Counted from the stretch's first letter, positions 1-9,825 are shown. The stretch: 51,803 nucleotides of DNA from Synergistaceae bacterium (GCA_045601305.1 JAZRZG010000030.1:1-51803), one strand, 5' to 3'. Translations and numbers: made by a program. Notes: generated by a model from the letters alone, not told the origin.

Positions 1-379
1 GCAACCTACGATTTGTTTCGGGTAAGTCTTTCAATTCCGCCCCAGTGAAACGGAAAACAACTTGGGGAAGCTCCGCTTCAGCCGGAAAAGAAAGCCCGTT
101 AGAGAAAGCCGTTAATTTATTGTCCGCCCGTCGCATACGCAGTACGTTAGAAACGTTACCCCCTTTATTACTTTGGTTTCCCGAAGTGCAAGGTGCGGAG
201 TGCGAGGTGCGAAATTAACAACCCTCTCTACTATATAAATATGTTTTTTGCTCAAAAAATGGAAACACTTGTTGCAGATAAAGCCGCACTGTAACTGAGT
301 TTACACCGTGTCAAAAAAACAGCTGGTGTTTCCAAAATTTCTGCTGAAAACATATTTACTAAGTGGAAGGAGATGATAA

Positions 380-667
380 ATGTTTCAAAATGAGCAAGAG
401 AAAACAAGAAAAACAAATAACAATGCGGACAACAAAAGAATAATAGTCAATGTCGCGGACGGCATTAACCCGCCCCCGAACTTTATGCTCAGCGCGTCAA
501 CATCAGTCGGCAGCAATCAGAATGCCTACAATGTGAGCGTAAGCCTGAAATTCGGCAAGGGCAAAACGGCAAAGACGAGAGCCGAACTGAAAAAAATAGG
601 TGAAGTATCTAAACAAGAGAAATCAGGCGCAGGACGCGGAAATTCAAACATTGAAAAGCGAGATTGA
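380..667 (+). CDS. hypothetical small protein (95 aa, K/N/G-rich)
   Basis: ATG ORF with AGGAG about 7 nt upstream (ggaaggagatgataaATG). A hairpin terminator follows at 723-752. No domain recognised. Confidence 0.35.
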   Translation: MFQNEQEKTRKTNNNADNKRIIVNVADGINPPPNFMLSASTSVGSNQNAYNVSVSLKFGKGKTAKTRAELKKIGEVSKQEKSGAGRGNSNIEKRD

Positions 668-722
668 GGAACTTAAGAAACTTATTAAGAAATAGCGTCA
701 GGAGTCTGTAAAATACAAAGAG

Positions 723-752
723 CGGGAGGAATTGTCCCTCCCGTGTTTTATT
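723..752 (+). terminator. Rho-independent terminator-like hairpin
   Basis: cgggagg(723-729)/cctcccg(737-743) 7-bp GC stem followed by tgttttattt. It overlaps the stop codon of the convergent minus-strand gene. Confidence 0.5.
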
Positions 753-1497
753 TCCAGCTTTCGCTCTCGGAGCAGTTTTGAAGCGCGTGGATGATGTTGC
801 TTTTTATCATTGGAACTTCTTTGGCAATTTCTTCAAGCAGTTTTTTTGCCGTTATTCTTTTTGTGTCCGCGCCGTAGGGACAGCAGGAACTTGTTACAGG
901 CAGCGCAAGCCGTTCGGCTTCAAGCGCGATGTTTCTTTCTTCAACGTAAACAAGCGGGCGGATGACGCGCAGCTGTGTCCTTGTCATAAACATATTCGGG
1001 CGGAAGCATTTGAAATGTCCGTCGTAACAGAGATTGAGCAGAACCGTTTCGGCGGCATCGTCTTTGTGGTGTCCGAGGGCTATGACGTTGCAGTGTTCTT
1101 CTTTTGCTGCTGTCGCAAGCAGTCCGCGTCTGAAATTCGCGCACAGGCTGCAGGGTGACCGTTCTTCCCGTGCTTTGATGATTTCGTATGTGGAATGAGG
1201 CTCAACGCGCACGGGAATATCAAGCGTTTTCATAAATTCAAGAACGGCTGTTGTTTTCATCGTGCCGTTTGACTGGTCGATTATGCAGGCTGATAGGTGA
1301 AATTTAACGGGGCTTCTTTTTTTCAGAACGGCAAGCGCGAGGGACAGCACAAGGCTGTCTTTGCCGCCTGAAAGTCCTATCATTATTCTGTCATTTTCGT
1401 TTATCATGTCAAAATCGCGCACGGCTTCCCCTGCGGCGCGGATAATTTTCTGTGACAGCGGATACTGTTCTTCAAAATCGTTTTTCAAAATTTTCAT
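748..1497 (-). CDS. ttcA: PP-loop ATPase, tRNA 2-thiocytidine synthetase (TtcA) family
   Basis: 249-aa ORF with the PP-loop motif GLSGGKDS and Cys motifs (CSLC, SSCCPYG). Size is typical of TtcA-like tRNA thiolases. Confidence 0.75.
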   Translation of the reverse strand: MKILKNDFEEQYPLSQKIIRAAGEAVRDFDMINENDRIMIGLSGGKDSLVLSLALAVLKKRSPVKFHLSACIIDQSNGTMKTTAVLEFMKTLDIPVRVEPHSTYEIIKAREERSPCSLCANFRRGLLATAAKEEHCNVIALGHHKDDAAETVLLNLCYDGHFKCFRPNMFMTRTQLRVIRPLVYVEERNIALEAERLALPVTSSCCPYGADTKRITAKKLLEEIAKEVPMIKSNIIHALQNCSESESWK

Positions 1498-1567
1498 TCC
1501 TTTCTGCTGTGTCGCGCAGGCAAAAACAGCGATGGAGCAAACGGCTGAAATATGTTATTATATTAGC

Positions 1568-2140
1568 ATGAACAATACAATTTCTTCGATGGCTTTCAAG
1601 TGCAGAGGGTTGTTCTGGGGGATATTCGCGCTCGGTTTTCTGATTTTCCCCGGAAGTTTTTCGTTGCCGAGATATTGTTTCGGTCTGTTGCTTGTACTTT
1701 CCGGTCAGGCTGTCCGCCTTTGGGCTGCCGGCTATATTCCCGAATACCGCACTGAGGTTATAGGCGCGCCGAAACTTGTCACTTCAGGTCCCTATGCTTA
1801 CGTTCGCAATCCGCTTTATGCCGGTAACTTTATTATGGGCGTCGGCTGGGCGGTTATGGCAGGCTGGGGCTGGGTGATTGCTTTCTGTGCCGCGTTTTTT
1901 CTCCTTTACTGCCTGATTATCATTCCCGCGGAAGAAGAATTTCTCGGCGGAAAATTCGGTGAGCAGTATGCTGCTTATAAAAAATCGGTGAACGCTCTTT
2001 TCCCGAAACTCTGCATCCCGACTGTGGCGGCAGAAGACGTGTTCAAATTTTCAACGGCCTTTGCGCTTGAAAAATATTCGGTCAGAATGCACGTTCTGAT
2101 TACCGTTCTGCTTACGCTGCGGCTGATTTTTACCCGTTAA
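1568..2140 (+). CDS. isoprenylcysteine carboxyl / phospholipid methyltransferase family membrane protein
   Basis: Polytopic hydrophobic ORF with the motif VTSGPYAYVRNPLYAGNF typical of the ICMT/PEMT family. Start is uncertain (ATG at 1532, 1568 or 1589); the track ORF from 1361 overlaps ttcA and is too long. Confidence 0.65.
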   Translation: MNNTISSMAFKCRGLFWGIFALGFLIFPGSFSLPRYCFGLLLVLSGQAVRLWAAGYIPEYRTEVIGAPKLVTSGPYAYVRNPLYAGNFIMGVGWAVMAGWGWVIAFCAAFFLLYCLIIIPAEEEFLGGKFGEQYAAYKKSVNALFPKLCIPTVAAEDVFKFSTAFALEKYSVRMHVLITVLLTLRLIFTR

Positions 2141-2987
2141 ATTCCCTGTAATTTACCTTGCGCTTTCTTTTTGCCGGAGGATTGAAGACTCTGAGCGTGT
2201 CAAGGTCAATTATTGTGCCGTCCTGCGCGGCGACTGCGCGTGTGCGCGGTGTTGATATGCCGTCTGCAAGTTTCTGCGGGTCTTTTTCTGCAATCATTCT
2301 GCCGAGATGTGACAACGCGACAAGTTCCGCGTGTGCTGTTTTGACAAAATCAGCGGCATCAGGTATTGAAAAATGGTCAACGTTCGGCCGCTGTATCAGC
2401 ATTGTAGAATTAAGCGAAATAAATTTGCACTTTCTGTAGCGGCTGCTGAATTCCTCAAGCGGGCGGGTGTCGCTGATTATTCCCCAGACAGGGAAACCGC
2501 GCTTTGAAAATATCAGTCCGAAACAGTCAACGCCGTGGTGAATGTGCTTCACAGGCTCAATGACAACACCGTTTTCAAGCTTGATTTTCTCTCCGTCACG
2601 CATTTCGTAAACTTTTTTTACCTTTGACATTGAATAGGCAAGAAGCACAGGGTCTTTTTCAAAAGCGGCGTCGTGTGTTGTCAGAATTTCGCCCTGTTTT
2701 TTGTAGCCGCCGGAGGTCATCGCTTCCGTCAGCACGTTTATGTCAGTGCTGTGGTCTATATGCCGGTGCGTGAGAAAAATCGCGCGTATATCTTCAGGGT
2801 TAAGCGCAGGATAAGCATCGCAGATTTGCACAAGACTGCCCGGACCGGGGTCAACAACAGCGTTTAATCCCGCGTAGCGTATCCACATTCCGCCTGTCGC
2901 GCGGTACTGATGTATCATGGTAAAACGCGCGCCGCCCGTGCCGAGATAGCGTATGAAATTTTCGGGATATTCAAATTTTTCTGCCAT
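2130..2987 (-). CDS. MBL-fold metallo-hydrolase
   Basis: HRHIDHS (HxHxDH) motif. ATG at 2987 (MAEKFEYP) is preferred over GTG at 2999, with GGTGG upstream. Confidence 0.75.
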   Translation of the reverse strand: MAEKFEYPENFIRYLGTGGARFTMIHQYRATGGMWIRYAGLNAVVDPGPGSLVQICDAYPALNPEDIRAIFLTHRHIDHSTDINVLTEAMTSGGYKKQGEILTTHDAAFEKDPVLLAYSMSKVKKVYEMRDGEKIKLENGVVIEPVKHIHHGVDCFGLIFSKRGFPVWGIISDTRPLEEFSSRYRKCKFISLNSTMLIQRPNVDHFSIPDAADFVKTAHAELVALSHLGRMIAEKDPQKLADGISTPRTRAVAAQDGTIIDLDTLRVFNPPAKRKRKVNYREFNG

Positions 2988-2989
2988 TT

Positions 2990-3670
2990 TTACCACCACT
3001 TGTATATATGTCCGTTTTTGTTAAGCTCGGCGCGAATTTTTTTGTAATCAGGGATTATTTTTTCAACCTCTGCCCAAAACTTTGCAGAATGATTCATCTG
3101 TATCAGATGACAAAGCTCATGCACAACGATATATTCAAAATGTTCGCGCGGAAGCAGAGCAAGTCTCGTGCAGAAACTAATATTGCCCCGTCTGCTGCAG
3201 CTTCCCCAGACGGAAGAAGTGCTTTTTACGGTGATTTTTGCCGGTGAAACGTTCAGCCTTTTGCAAAGCGCGGGAAGAATTTCCGACAGTCTGTTTTCAA
3301 GCGCTCTTTTATACCAGCGTTCAAAAAGTTTTCCCGCGTCATTTCTTTTGCCGCTGTTCATAAAGAAAAAATTGCCGTCAAATTCCAGCGCTCGAACGCT
3401 GCCGGTAAGTTTCAGCGGATATTCAGCGCCGCGATACAGAAATTTTTCACCATCGGTATATTTTTTTGCTTGCGGTATCGGCTTGGCGCGTTTTATAATT
3501 TCTTCAAGCAGGGGAGTCAGAAGTTCTGCCGTTTTGCCGCTGATTTTGTAATGCGCCGGCAGAGCTACCGTAATGTTACCGTCAATATCGGAAATCACGG
3601 ATATATTTTTTCTCCTTGCGTTGCGCCGTACAGGGTAAGTTTTCCCGTTCAGGGTGATAGTTTCGTTCAT
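2990..3670 (-). CDS. M48-family / YgjP-like (DUF45) metal-dependent hydrolase
   Basis: HELCHL (HExxH) near the C-terminus. Start moved to ATG 3670 (MNETITLNGK), which has GGAGGA 7-8 nt upstream (tcctcc at 3678-3683 on the plus strand). Confidence 0.8.
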   Translation of the reverse strand: MNETITLNGKTYPVRRNARRKNISVISDIDGNITVALPAHYKISGKTAELLTPLLEEIIKRAKPIPQAKKYTDGEKFLYRGAEYPLKLTGSVRALEFDGNFFFMNSGKRNDAGKLFERWYKRALENRLSEILPALCKRLNVSPAKITVKSTSSVWGSCSRRGNISFCTRLALLPREHFEYIVVHELCHLIQMNHSAKFWAEVEKIIPDYKKIRAELNKNGHIYKWW

Positions 3671-3734
3671 CAGCAATCCTCCGCGCGACAATAATAAACC
3701 TGAAATGGATAATAGTCTATGATTGGAGACAAAT

Positions 3735-5609
3735 ATGTCAGAAAAAAATGTTAAACTGAAGATTACAAGAGACAATTTTCTTCCTGTGTGCCGCGCCGAT
3801 ATGGAAAAACGCGGCTGGGAGGAGCTTGATTTCCTTCTGATTTCAGGTGACGCTTACGTTGACCACCCGAGTTTCGGACACGCGATAATTTCGCGCTGCC
3901 TTGAATCGGCAGGCTTTCGTATCGGAATAATTGCCCAGCCTGACTGGCGCGGTACGGAGGATTTTACGAAAATGGGTCGTCCGCGTTTCGGAGTATTTGT
4001 AACGGCGGGAAATCTCGATTCAATGCTCAATCATTACACCGCAATGCTTAAGAAAAGGCACGGCGACAGTTATTCCCCGGGAGGAAAAGCGGGACTTCGT
4101 CCTGACAGGGCAACAATAGTTTACTGCAACCGTATTCGTGAAATATGGAAAGACATTCCGCTTGTCATAGGCGGAATTGAAGCAAGTCTGAGACGTTTCG
4201 CGCATTATGATTACTGGAGCGATTCCGTGCGCCGTTCGCTTCTTGCGGACAGCCGCGCGGACATTCTCTCATTCGGCATGGGCGAACTTTCAACTGTTGC
4301 GACAGCACGCGCGCTTGCCGAGGGAAAGCCTGTAAGCGCAATCAGAAACGTTGCAGGAACCTGCTGGAAAACGCATGAACCGTCCAACGCAAAGGACGCT
4401 GTCGTGCTTCCGTCGTTTGACGAAATATGCGGCGACAAAAAAAGTTTTGCCGAAGCGTTTCGCATGCAGTACGCGGAGCAAAATCCATATTTAGGCAAAA
4501 GGCTTATTCAAAATCAGGGCGCGTGGCATATTGTCCAGAACAGACCGTCGCGCCCGCTGACGACCGCTGAAATGGACAAAGTGTACGCGCTGCCCTACAC
4601 GCGCTGCTGGCACCCCGATTACGACGCGCACGGCGGCGTACCTGCGCTTGCAGAAGTTAAATTCAGCATTACAAGCCACCGCGGCTGCTTCGGCGAATGT
4701 GCCTTCTGTGCGATAGCAAGTCATCAGGGAAGAATAATTCAGCGCCGCAGCGACGAATCGATAATCTCAGAAGCGGAAAGTTTCAGAAATATGCCGGATT
4801 TCAAAGGATATATTCACGATGTCGGAGGTCCTACCGCAAACTTTATGCAACCTGCCTGCAAAAAGCAGTGCAAAAGCGGAGCCTGCGGCGGCAAATTCTG
4901 CCTTTTCCCGAAGCCGTGCGCCACGCTTGAAGCAGACCACAGCGATTATATTTCGCTTTTGAGAAAACTGCGCGCGCTTGACGGAATAAAGAAAGTCTTT
5001 ATCCGTTCGGGTGTCCGCTATGATTATATGCTTGCCGACAGAAACAATGATTTTCTTTCTGAACTCTGCGAACATCATATAAGCGGACAGCTCAAAATCG
5101 CGCCGGAACATGTCAGCCCCAAGGTTTTGTCGCTTATGAGAAAGCCGGGCAGAGAAGTTACGCTTGAATTTATGAAAAAATATACAGCGGTCAATGAAAA
5201 ACTCGGTTTAAAACAGTTCCTTGTGCCCTATTTTATCTCCTCGCACCCCGGCGCAACGCTTGATGACGCCGTTATGCTTGCGGAATTTATACGCGACACG
5301 CGTCTTCGCCCTGAACAGGTGCAGGATTTTACTCCAACGCCGGGTTCTGCCGCAACTTGTATGTATTACAGCGGGTATGATCCATTCAGCGGAAAAGAAG
5401 TGTACGTCGCAAAAAGCGCGAAAGAAAGGAAAATGCAGCGCGCGCTCATGCAGTATTGGCTGCCTAAAAATGAAGAACTTGTGCGTGAAGCGCTGATAAG
5501 GGCAGGCAGAAATGATTTAATCGGAAACGCGCCGAAATGCCTTGTAAAAGCGCGCGGCAGCAATAAAAATCAAAAAATCAGTAAAAATACCCATGCCCGA
5601 CGCGGATAA
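3735..5609 (+). CDS. ygiQ: YgiQ-family (UPF0313) radical SAM protein
   Basis: About 624 aa. Has the CxxxCxxC cluster GCFGECAFCAI and the N-terminal motif LLISGDAYVDHPSFG typical of YgiQ. ATG 3735 with GGAGA upstream is preferred over TTG 3723. Confidence 0.85.
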   Translation: MSEKNVKLKITRDNFLPVCRADMEKRGWEELDFLLISGDAYVDHPSFGHAIISRCLESAGFRIGIIAQPDWRGTEDFTKMGRPRFGVFVTAGNLDSMLNHYTAMLKKRHGDSYSPGGKAGLRPDRATIVYCNRIREIWKDIPLVIGGIEASLRRFAHYDYWSDSVRRSLLADSRADILSFGMGELSTVATARALAEGKPVSAIRNVAGTCWKTHEPSNAKDAVVLPSFDEICGDKKSFAEAFRMQYAEQNPYLGKRLIQNQGAWHIVQNRPSRPLTTAEMDKVYALPYTRCWHPDYDAHGGVPALAEVKFSITSHRGCFGECAFCAIASHQGRIIQRRSDESIISEAESFRNMPDFKGYIHDVGGPTANFMQPACKKQCKSGACGGKFCLFPKPCATLEADHSDYISLLRKLRALDGIKKVFIRSGVRYDYMLADRNNDFLSELCEHHISGQLKIAPEHVSPKVLSLMRKPGREVTLEFMKKYTAVNEKLGLKQFLVPYFISSHPGATLDDAVMLAEFIRDTRLRPEQVQDFTPTPGSAATCMYYSGYDPFSGKEVYVAKSAKERKMQRALMQYWLPKNEELVREALIRAGRNDLIGNAPKCLVKARGSNKNQKISKNTHARRG

Positions 5610-5679
5610 AAATATGGACAAACAGATATAAAACGAGTAAAATGCTTTAGGTTGCGAAACAGAACAGGAGGTATATGAC

Positions 5680-6096
5680 ATGAAGAAGACTGTTGCAGCA
5701 ATACTTGCGGTATTTGCAATGCTTGCAGCCGGACAGGCGGCATTTGCGGACGTAAAAGTAGGTTGTGTTGACGGAGACAAAGTGCTTCGCGAATATCCAA
5801 AATTTGTCGCGGCTCAGAGACAGCTTGCACAGGTTGGACAGAGTAAAGAAACTGTCGCTCGTGCTGCCTTTGACAAGGAGAAAAACGAAAGCAAAAAAAA
5901 TCAAATAGTGCAGAATATGCAGAAGGAAATGGCTCAGGAAGAAGAAAAACTTATGAAGCCTGTCCTCAAGACAGTAAACGATACAGTACAGCGTGTCGCG
6001 CGCCAGAAAGGCATAACGGTTGTAGTCAACAAAAGCATTGTCTATTACGGCGGAACTGATATTACAAACGACGTAATCGCAGCGCTTAAGAGATAA
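5680..6096 (+). CDS. skp: OmpH/Skp-family periplasmic chaperone
   Basis: 138 aa. Signal peptide MKKTVAAILAVFAMLAAGQAAFA, then a K/E/Q-rich coiled-coil body. AGGAGG lies upstream. Confidence 0.7.
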   Translation: MKKTVAAILAVFAMLAAGQAAFADVKVGCVDGDKVLREYPKFVAAQRQLAQVGQSKETVARAAFDKEKNESKKNQIVQNMQKEMAQEEEKLMKPVLKTVNDTVQRVARQKGITVVVNKSIVYYGGTDITNDVIAALKR

Positions 6097-6100
6097 CAAA

Positions 6101-6126
6101 AAGACGCCGTGCGGCGTCTTTTTTCT
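6101..6126 (+). terminator. Rho-independent terminator
   Basis: aagacgcc-gtgc-ggcgtctt hairpin followed by ttttct. Confidence 0.8.
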
Positions 6127-6131
6127 TAAAG

Positions 6132-6722
6132 ATGATGACACTTTTTTGGATTTTTGCCGGATATTGCGCAGGCAGCTGCCCGACTGGCTATCTGCTTGCA
6201 AAATATCTCAAAAACACGGACATAAGAGAATTCGGCTCAGGCAATATCGGAGCGACAAACGCAGGGCGGCTGCTCGGAAAAAAATATGCCGTCTTCATCG
6301 CGCTCTTTGATATGCTTAAGGGCGGAATTGTTGTTCTGCTTGCCTCGTTGTGCGGACAGGGAACATGGGCTGTCGCTCTTGCAGGAGTGTTTTCCGTGCT
6401 CGGACACAACTATCCTGTATGGCTGAATTTCAAAGGCGGCAAAGGAGTGGCTACAACCTTCGGAGTGATATTTTTTTACAATTTCTTCACTCCGCTGCCG
6501 GCGCTTCTCGGCGGCGCTGTATGGTACGTTGTTATGAAAACAACGCGATACGTCTCCGCCGCTTCAATCATCGGACTTTTTGCCGCTGCGCTGCTTACAG
6601 TTGTTTTCCAAATGCCCGCGCCATATTTTTACGCTTCATTTGCTCTTGCAGTTTTATCCGCGTACAGGCACAAAGCCAATATAAAACGCATAAAAGCAGG
6701 TACGGAAACAAAGGTAAACTAA
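6132..6722 (+). CDS. plsY: glycerol-3-phosphate acyltransferase PlsY
   Basis: 196-aa polytopic protein with GSGNIGATN and NFKGGKGVAT motifs. Confidence 0.9.
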   Translation: MMTLFWIFAGYCAGSCPTGYLLAKYLKNTDIREFGSGNIGATNAGRLLGKKYAVFIALFDMLKGGIVVLLASLCGQGTWAVALAGVFSVLGHNYPVWLNFKGGKGVATTFGVIFFYNFFTPLPALLGGAVWYVVMKTTRYVSAASIIGLFAAALLTVVFQMPAPYFYASFALAVLSAYRHKANIKRIKAGTETKVN

Positions 6723-6781
6723 ATTAGTTGCCGGTCATTGCTTTTTTCCGCAGACAGCCGTCAGCTGCCTGCTTGATTTTT

Positions 6782-6798
6782 ATTGACCAAATATGATA
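6782..6798. promoter_or_regulatory. degenerate CtsR-box-like element overlapping a TTGACC -35
   Basis: ATTGACC-AAA-TATGATA. The reverse complement gives GGTCAAT (6/7) plus a weak second heptad (4/7) against the GGTCAAA-NAN-GGTCAAA consensus. It lies about 35 nt upstream of ctsR. Confidence 0.3.
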
Positions 6799-6832
6799 AA
6801 CTTGTGTAAGTTTATGGAGCGGAGTGATTCCT

Positions 6833-7324
6833 ATGGCGTTTGAAAGCGACAGCATTACCAAAGCGATAGAAGAATATTTCGGACAGCTTTTGCAGGATGC
6901 TTCCGAGGGCAGTATTCTGCTGAGGAGAAAGGACGTAGCGGCAAAGTTCGGCTGTGTGCCGAGTCAGATAAATTATGTGCTTCGCAGCCGTTTTGCGCCT
7001 GAGAACGGTTTTCTTGTCGAGAGCCAGCGGGGCGGTCATGGCTACATAAAAATTATGCAGCTTACATTCAAAGACGTGGACGAAAAACTTTCACATCTTT
7101 CTGAACTTGTCGGGAATTCCGTCACGGAGCAGGAAGCAAGAAGGCTGCTTGTAAATCTGCAAAACAGAGAGCTGATTTCTGCAAGAGAACGCCTTTTGAT
7201 AGAAGTGGCGCTCAGAAATCAGGAAGAAAACTGCCGGACGCTTTTTGACGTTTCGCCGTACAAAAGTGACGTAATGCGCGCCGAGCTTTTGCAGAAACTC
7301 CTAACTGGACTTACACTGCAGTAA
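6833..7324 (+). CDS. ctsR: class III stress-gene repressor CtsR
   Basis: FGCVPSQINYVLRSRF...ESQRGGHGYIKI matches the CtsR HTH and glycine-rich loop. ATG 6833 has GGAG 8 nt upstream. Confidence 0.9.
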   Translation: MAFESDSITKAIEEYFGQLLQDASEGSILLRRKDVAAKFGCVPSQINYVLRSRFAPENGFLVESQRGGHGYIKIMQLTFKDVDEKLSHLSELVGNSVTEQEARRLLVNLQNRELISARERLLIEVALRNQEENCRTLFDVSPYKSDVMRAELLQKLLTGLTLQ

Positions 7325-7344
7325 ACAGAAGGCCGGTGGACTGT

Positions 7345-9648
7345 ATGGCTCTTGATTTCACAGAAAAAAGCAAAAAAGTATTTACCGCGGCTGCCGATAT
7401 TGCAAAAAAATACGGAAGCGCAATGCTCGGTACGGAACATCTGCTTACCGCGCTGCTTGAAGAGGATGCCGGCGGCAGAATTTGTGCGCTGCTTGAAAGC
7501 TGCGGCGCAGATGCCGGAGCAATTAAAAACGAAGCTCTGTCCGTTGCGGCGCAGGGCGAACAAACCTTGAATTCCGCCGATCTGCCGACATCGCAGGAGG
7601 CAAAGACGGTCTTTGAATTTGCCATGAAAGAAGCACGGGAACTTAACAGCGGATATATAGGCACGGAACACATACTGCTCGGATTGCTGGACGAAGAAGC
7701 GGAAGGCCGTCCGGGAATATTGTCCGCGCACGGTGTTACCGCCCTTAAAATGCGCAGCGTGCTTGCCTCTTTTCCCGTTGCAGATGAAAATAAAAGCGAA
7801 ATGTCAAAAACAGAGCCTGAAAAAACAAAAACAGAAATATTGACACAAACGGAAACTCCTGTGCTTGACGAGGTCGCAGCTGATTTAACAGCAGAAGCAG
7901 CCGCAGGAAAACTTGACCCTGTAATCGGCAGAGACAAAGAAATTCAGCGTGTCATTCAGATACTTTCCAGAAAAACCAAACACAACCCGATACTTGTCGG
8001 TGAGCCCGGCGTTGGCAAAACCGCTGTTGTTGAAGGACTTGCGGCGCTTATGGCAGCTGACAGAGTGCCCGAGAACATGAGAAACAAAAGGCTTATGCAG
8101 CTGAACGTTGCCTCACTTGTAGCCGGTACGAAATACCGCGGCGAATTTGAAGAAAAAATTACCAAGCTGATAAAGGAAGTATTTGAAGCGGAGAATATCA
8201 TTCTTTTTATTGATGAAATACACACAATAGTAGGTGCTGGCGGAACAGAAGGGGCAGTTGACGCGGCAAACATACTCAAGCCGAGCCTTGCGCGCGGAGA
8301 AATTCAGCTCATTGGAGCCACAACAATTTCCGAATACAGAAAATACATTGAAAAAGACAGCGCGCTGGAACGCCGTTTCCAGCCTGTTGCTGTTGAAGAA
8401 CCATCAGAAGATGACACATATGAAATACTTAAAGGGGTGCGCGAAAGCTATGAAAAGCACCACAGAGTTAAAATCAGCGATGAGGCGCTGAAAGCGGCTG
8501 TTTCACTTTCAAAACGTTACATAACTGACCGTTTCCTTCCGGACAAAGCGATTGACCTTGTAGATGAAGCAGCGGCAAGAGTAAAAATCCGCCAGCTCAC
8601 AGATAACAATGGCAAGGCAGAAGTTATTTCCGCCGATATTGCGGAAGCCGTTTCCGCATGGTCGAAAGTTCCTGTGTCGCAGCTTACGGAAGATGAAAGC
8701 TGCAGACTGCTGAAAATGGAAGAAGAACTTGCAAAAACAGTGATTGGACAGGAAGATGCGCTTCATGCCGTTGCCAGTGCCGTGCGCCGTGCCAGAACAG
8801 GACTCAGAGATTCTAAACGCCCGCTGGGCAGCTTCCTTTTCCTCGGCCCGACAGGTGTCGGCAAAACACAAGTTGCGCGCTGCCTTGCCAATTTCCTTTT
8901 CGGCAGTGACGACGCAATGATACGCCTTGACATGAGTGAATACATGGAACGACATGAAGCCGCGAAACTTATAGGACCGCCGCCCGGTTACGCCGGTTAC
9001 GAAGAAGGCGGAAAACTTACCGAGGCAATACGCCGCAGACCCTATTCGGTAGTTCTGTTTGACGAGGTGGAGAAGGCGCACCCCGACGTTTACAATATGA
9101 TGCTTCAGCTGCTTGACGACGGACGGCTTACCGACGGACAGGGGCATCTTGCTGATTTCCGCAACGCAATAATAATTATGACAAGCAATCTCGGCGTTCC
9201 TGAAGAAGTGAAGCCTGTCAGCCTCGGTTTCGGCTCATCTGCTGAAACTTCCGCAAGACCTGACCATGAGAAACTGAAAACAGCCATGCTCGCGGAAGCG
9301 GCGGAATTTTTCCGCCCCGAATTTCTTAACAGAATAGATGAAATGATAGTCTTTAACGCGCTGGAACGCGATGATTTATACAAAATCATTGATGTGCTTT
9401 TGAAACGTGTACTTGACACTGCCGAAACAAAAGGAATTGAACTCACGGTTGACGCCTCTGCCAAAGAATTTATGCTTGAAAAAGCCTACAATCCGAAGTA
9501 CGGCGCAAGACCTCTGCGCAGAGCAATACAGACAATGATAGAGGACGAAATTGCCGAACGGCTGCTTTCAAAAGATATTGTTTTTGGTGATAAACTGGAA
9601 ATTTCCTCAGACGGAAAACGTCTGACGTTTGAGAAGTACAGCGGTTAG
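7345..9648 (+). CDS. clpC: Clp protease ATP-binding subunit, ClpC/ClpA family (no M-domain)
   Basis: Duplicated Clp_N repeats. Two AAA+ modules (GEPGVGKTA; GPTGVGKTQ). A ClpP-docking LGF loop is present. Lies directly downstream of ctsR. Confidence 0.85.
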   Translation: MALDFTEKSKKVFTAAADIAKKYGSAMLGTEHLLTALLEEDAGGRICALLESCGADAGAIKNEALSVAAQGEQTLNSADLPTSQEAKTVFEFAMKEARELNSGYIGTEHILLGLLDEEAEGRPGILSAHGVTALKMRSVLASFPVADENKSEMSKTEPEKTKTEILTQTETPVLDEVAADLTAEAAAGKLDPVIGRDKEIQRVIQILSRKTKHNPILVGEPGVGKTAVVEGLAALMAADRVPENMRNKRLMQLNVASLVAGTKYRGEFEEKITKLIKEVFEAENIILFIDEIHTIVGAGGTEGAVDAANILKPSLARGEIQLIGATTISEYRKYIEKDSALERRFQPVAVEEPSEDDTYEILKGVRESYEKHHRVKISDEALKAAVSLSKRYITDRFLPDKAIDLVDEAAARVKIRQLTDNNGKAEVISADIAEAVSAWSKVPVSQLTEDESCRLLKMEEELAKTVIGQEDALHAVASAVRRARTGLRDSKRPLGSFLFLGPTGVGKTQVARCLANFLFGSDDAMIRLDMSEYMERHEAAKLIGPPPGYAGYEEGGKLTEAIRRRPYSVVLFDEVEKAHPDVYNMMLQLLDDGRLTDGQGHLADFRNAIIIMTSNLGVPEEVKPVSLGFGSSAETSARPDHEKLKTAMLAEAAEFFRPEFLNRIDEMIVFNALERDDLYKIIDVLLKRVLDTAETKGIELTVDASAKEFMLEKAYNPKYGARPLRRAIQTMIEDEIAERLLSKDIVFGDKLEISSDGKRLTFEKYSG

Positions 9649-9703
9649 CGCTTAGCGCGCAGCACGTATTTATCAGCGGACAGATAAAAGCTGACAACTA
9701 AAA

Positions 9704-9735
9704 CAACTCCCCGAAAGGGGAGTTGGAATTTTCTT
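9704..9735. terminator. bidirectional Rho-independent terminator
   Basis: caactcccc-gaaa-ggggagttg 9-bp stem with T-runs on both strands. It sits between clpC (+) and the tRNA genes (-). Confidence 0.8.
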
Positions 9736-9811
9736 TGGCAGTCCCTAAGGGATTCGAACCCTTGCCAACGGGCTGAGAACCCGACATCCTGGACCGCTAG
9801 ACGAAGGGACC
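9736..9811 (-). tRNA. tRNA-Glu (anticodon CUC)
   Basis: The reverse complement GGTCCCTTCGTCTAGCGGTCCAGGAT...TTCTCAG...GGTTCGAATCCCTTAGGGACTGCCA folds as a cloverleaf. It closely parallels E. coli tRNA-Glu. CCA is encoded. Confidence 0.85.
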
Positions 9812-9825
9812 GCTAAGTATGAAAA

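Noticed and set aside
185-215. Imperfect tandem gtgc(a/g)(a/g)gg repeats (agtgcaaggtgcggagtgcgaggtgcgaaa) near the window start, as a possible regulatory repeat
   Set aside because: The repeat is too short and degenerate, there is no adjacent gene to assign it to, and the left context is cut off by the window edge. It is mentioned only as possibly related to the 30366 string.
586-700. Possible programmed frameshift at the A7 run (ctgaaaaaaatagg) in ORF 380-667, into a frame encoding a coiled-coil-like AQDAEIQTLKSEIEELKKLIKK
   Set aside because: A -1 shift runs into TGA within three codons. The +1 frame has a TAG immediately before the GTG that opens the coiled-coil frame, so no continuous fusion product is possible. 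The sequence may at most be an independent 31-codon GTG ORF, which is unsupported.
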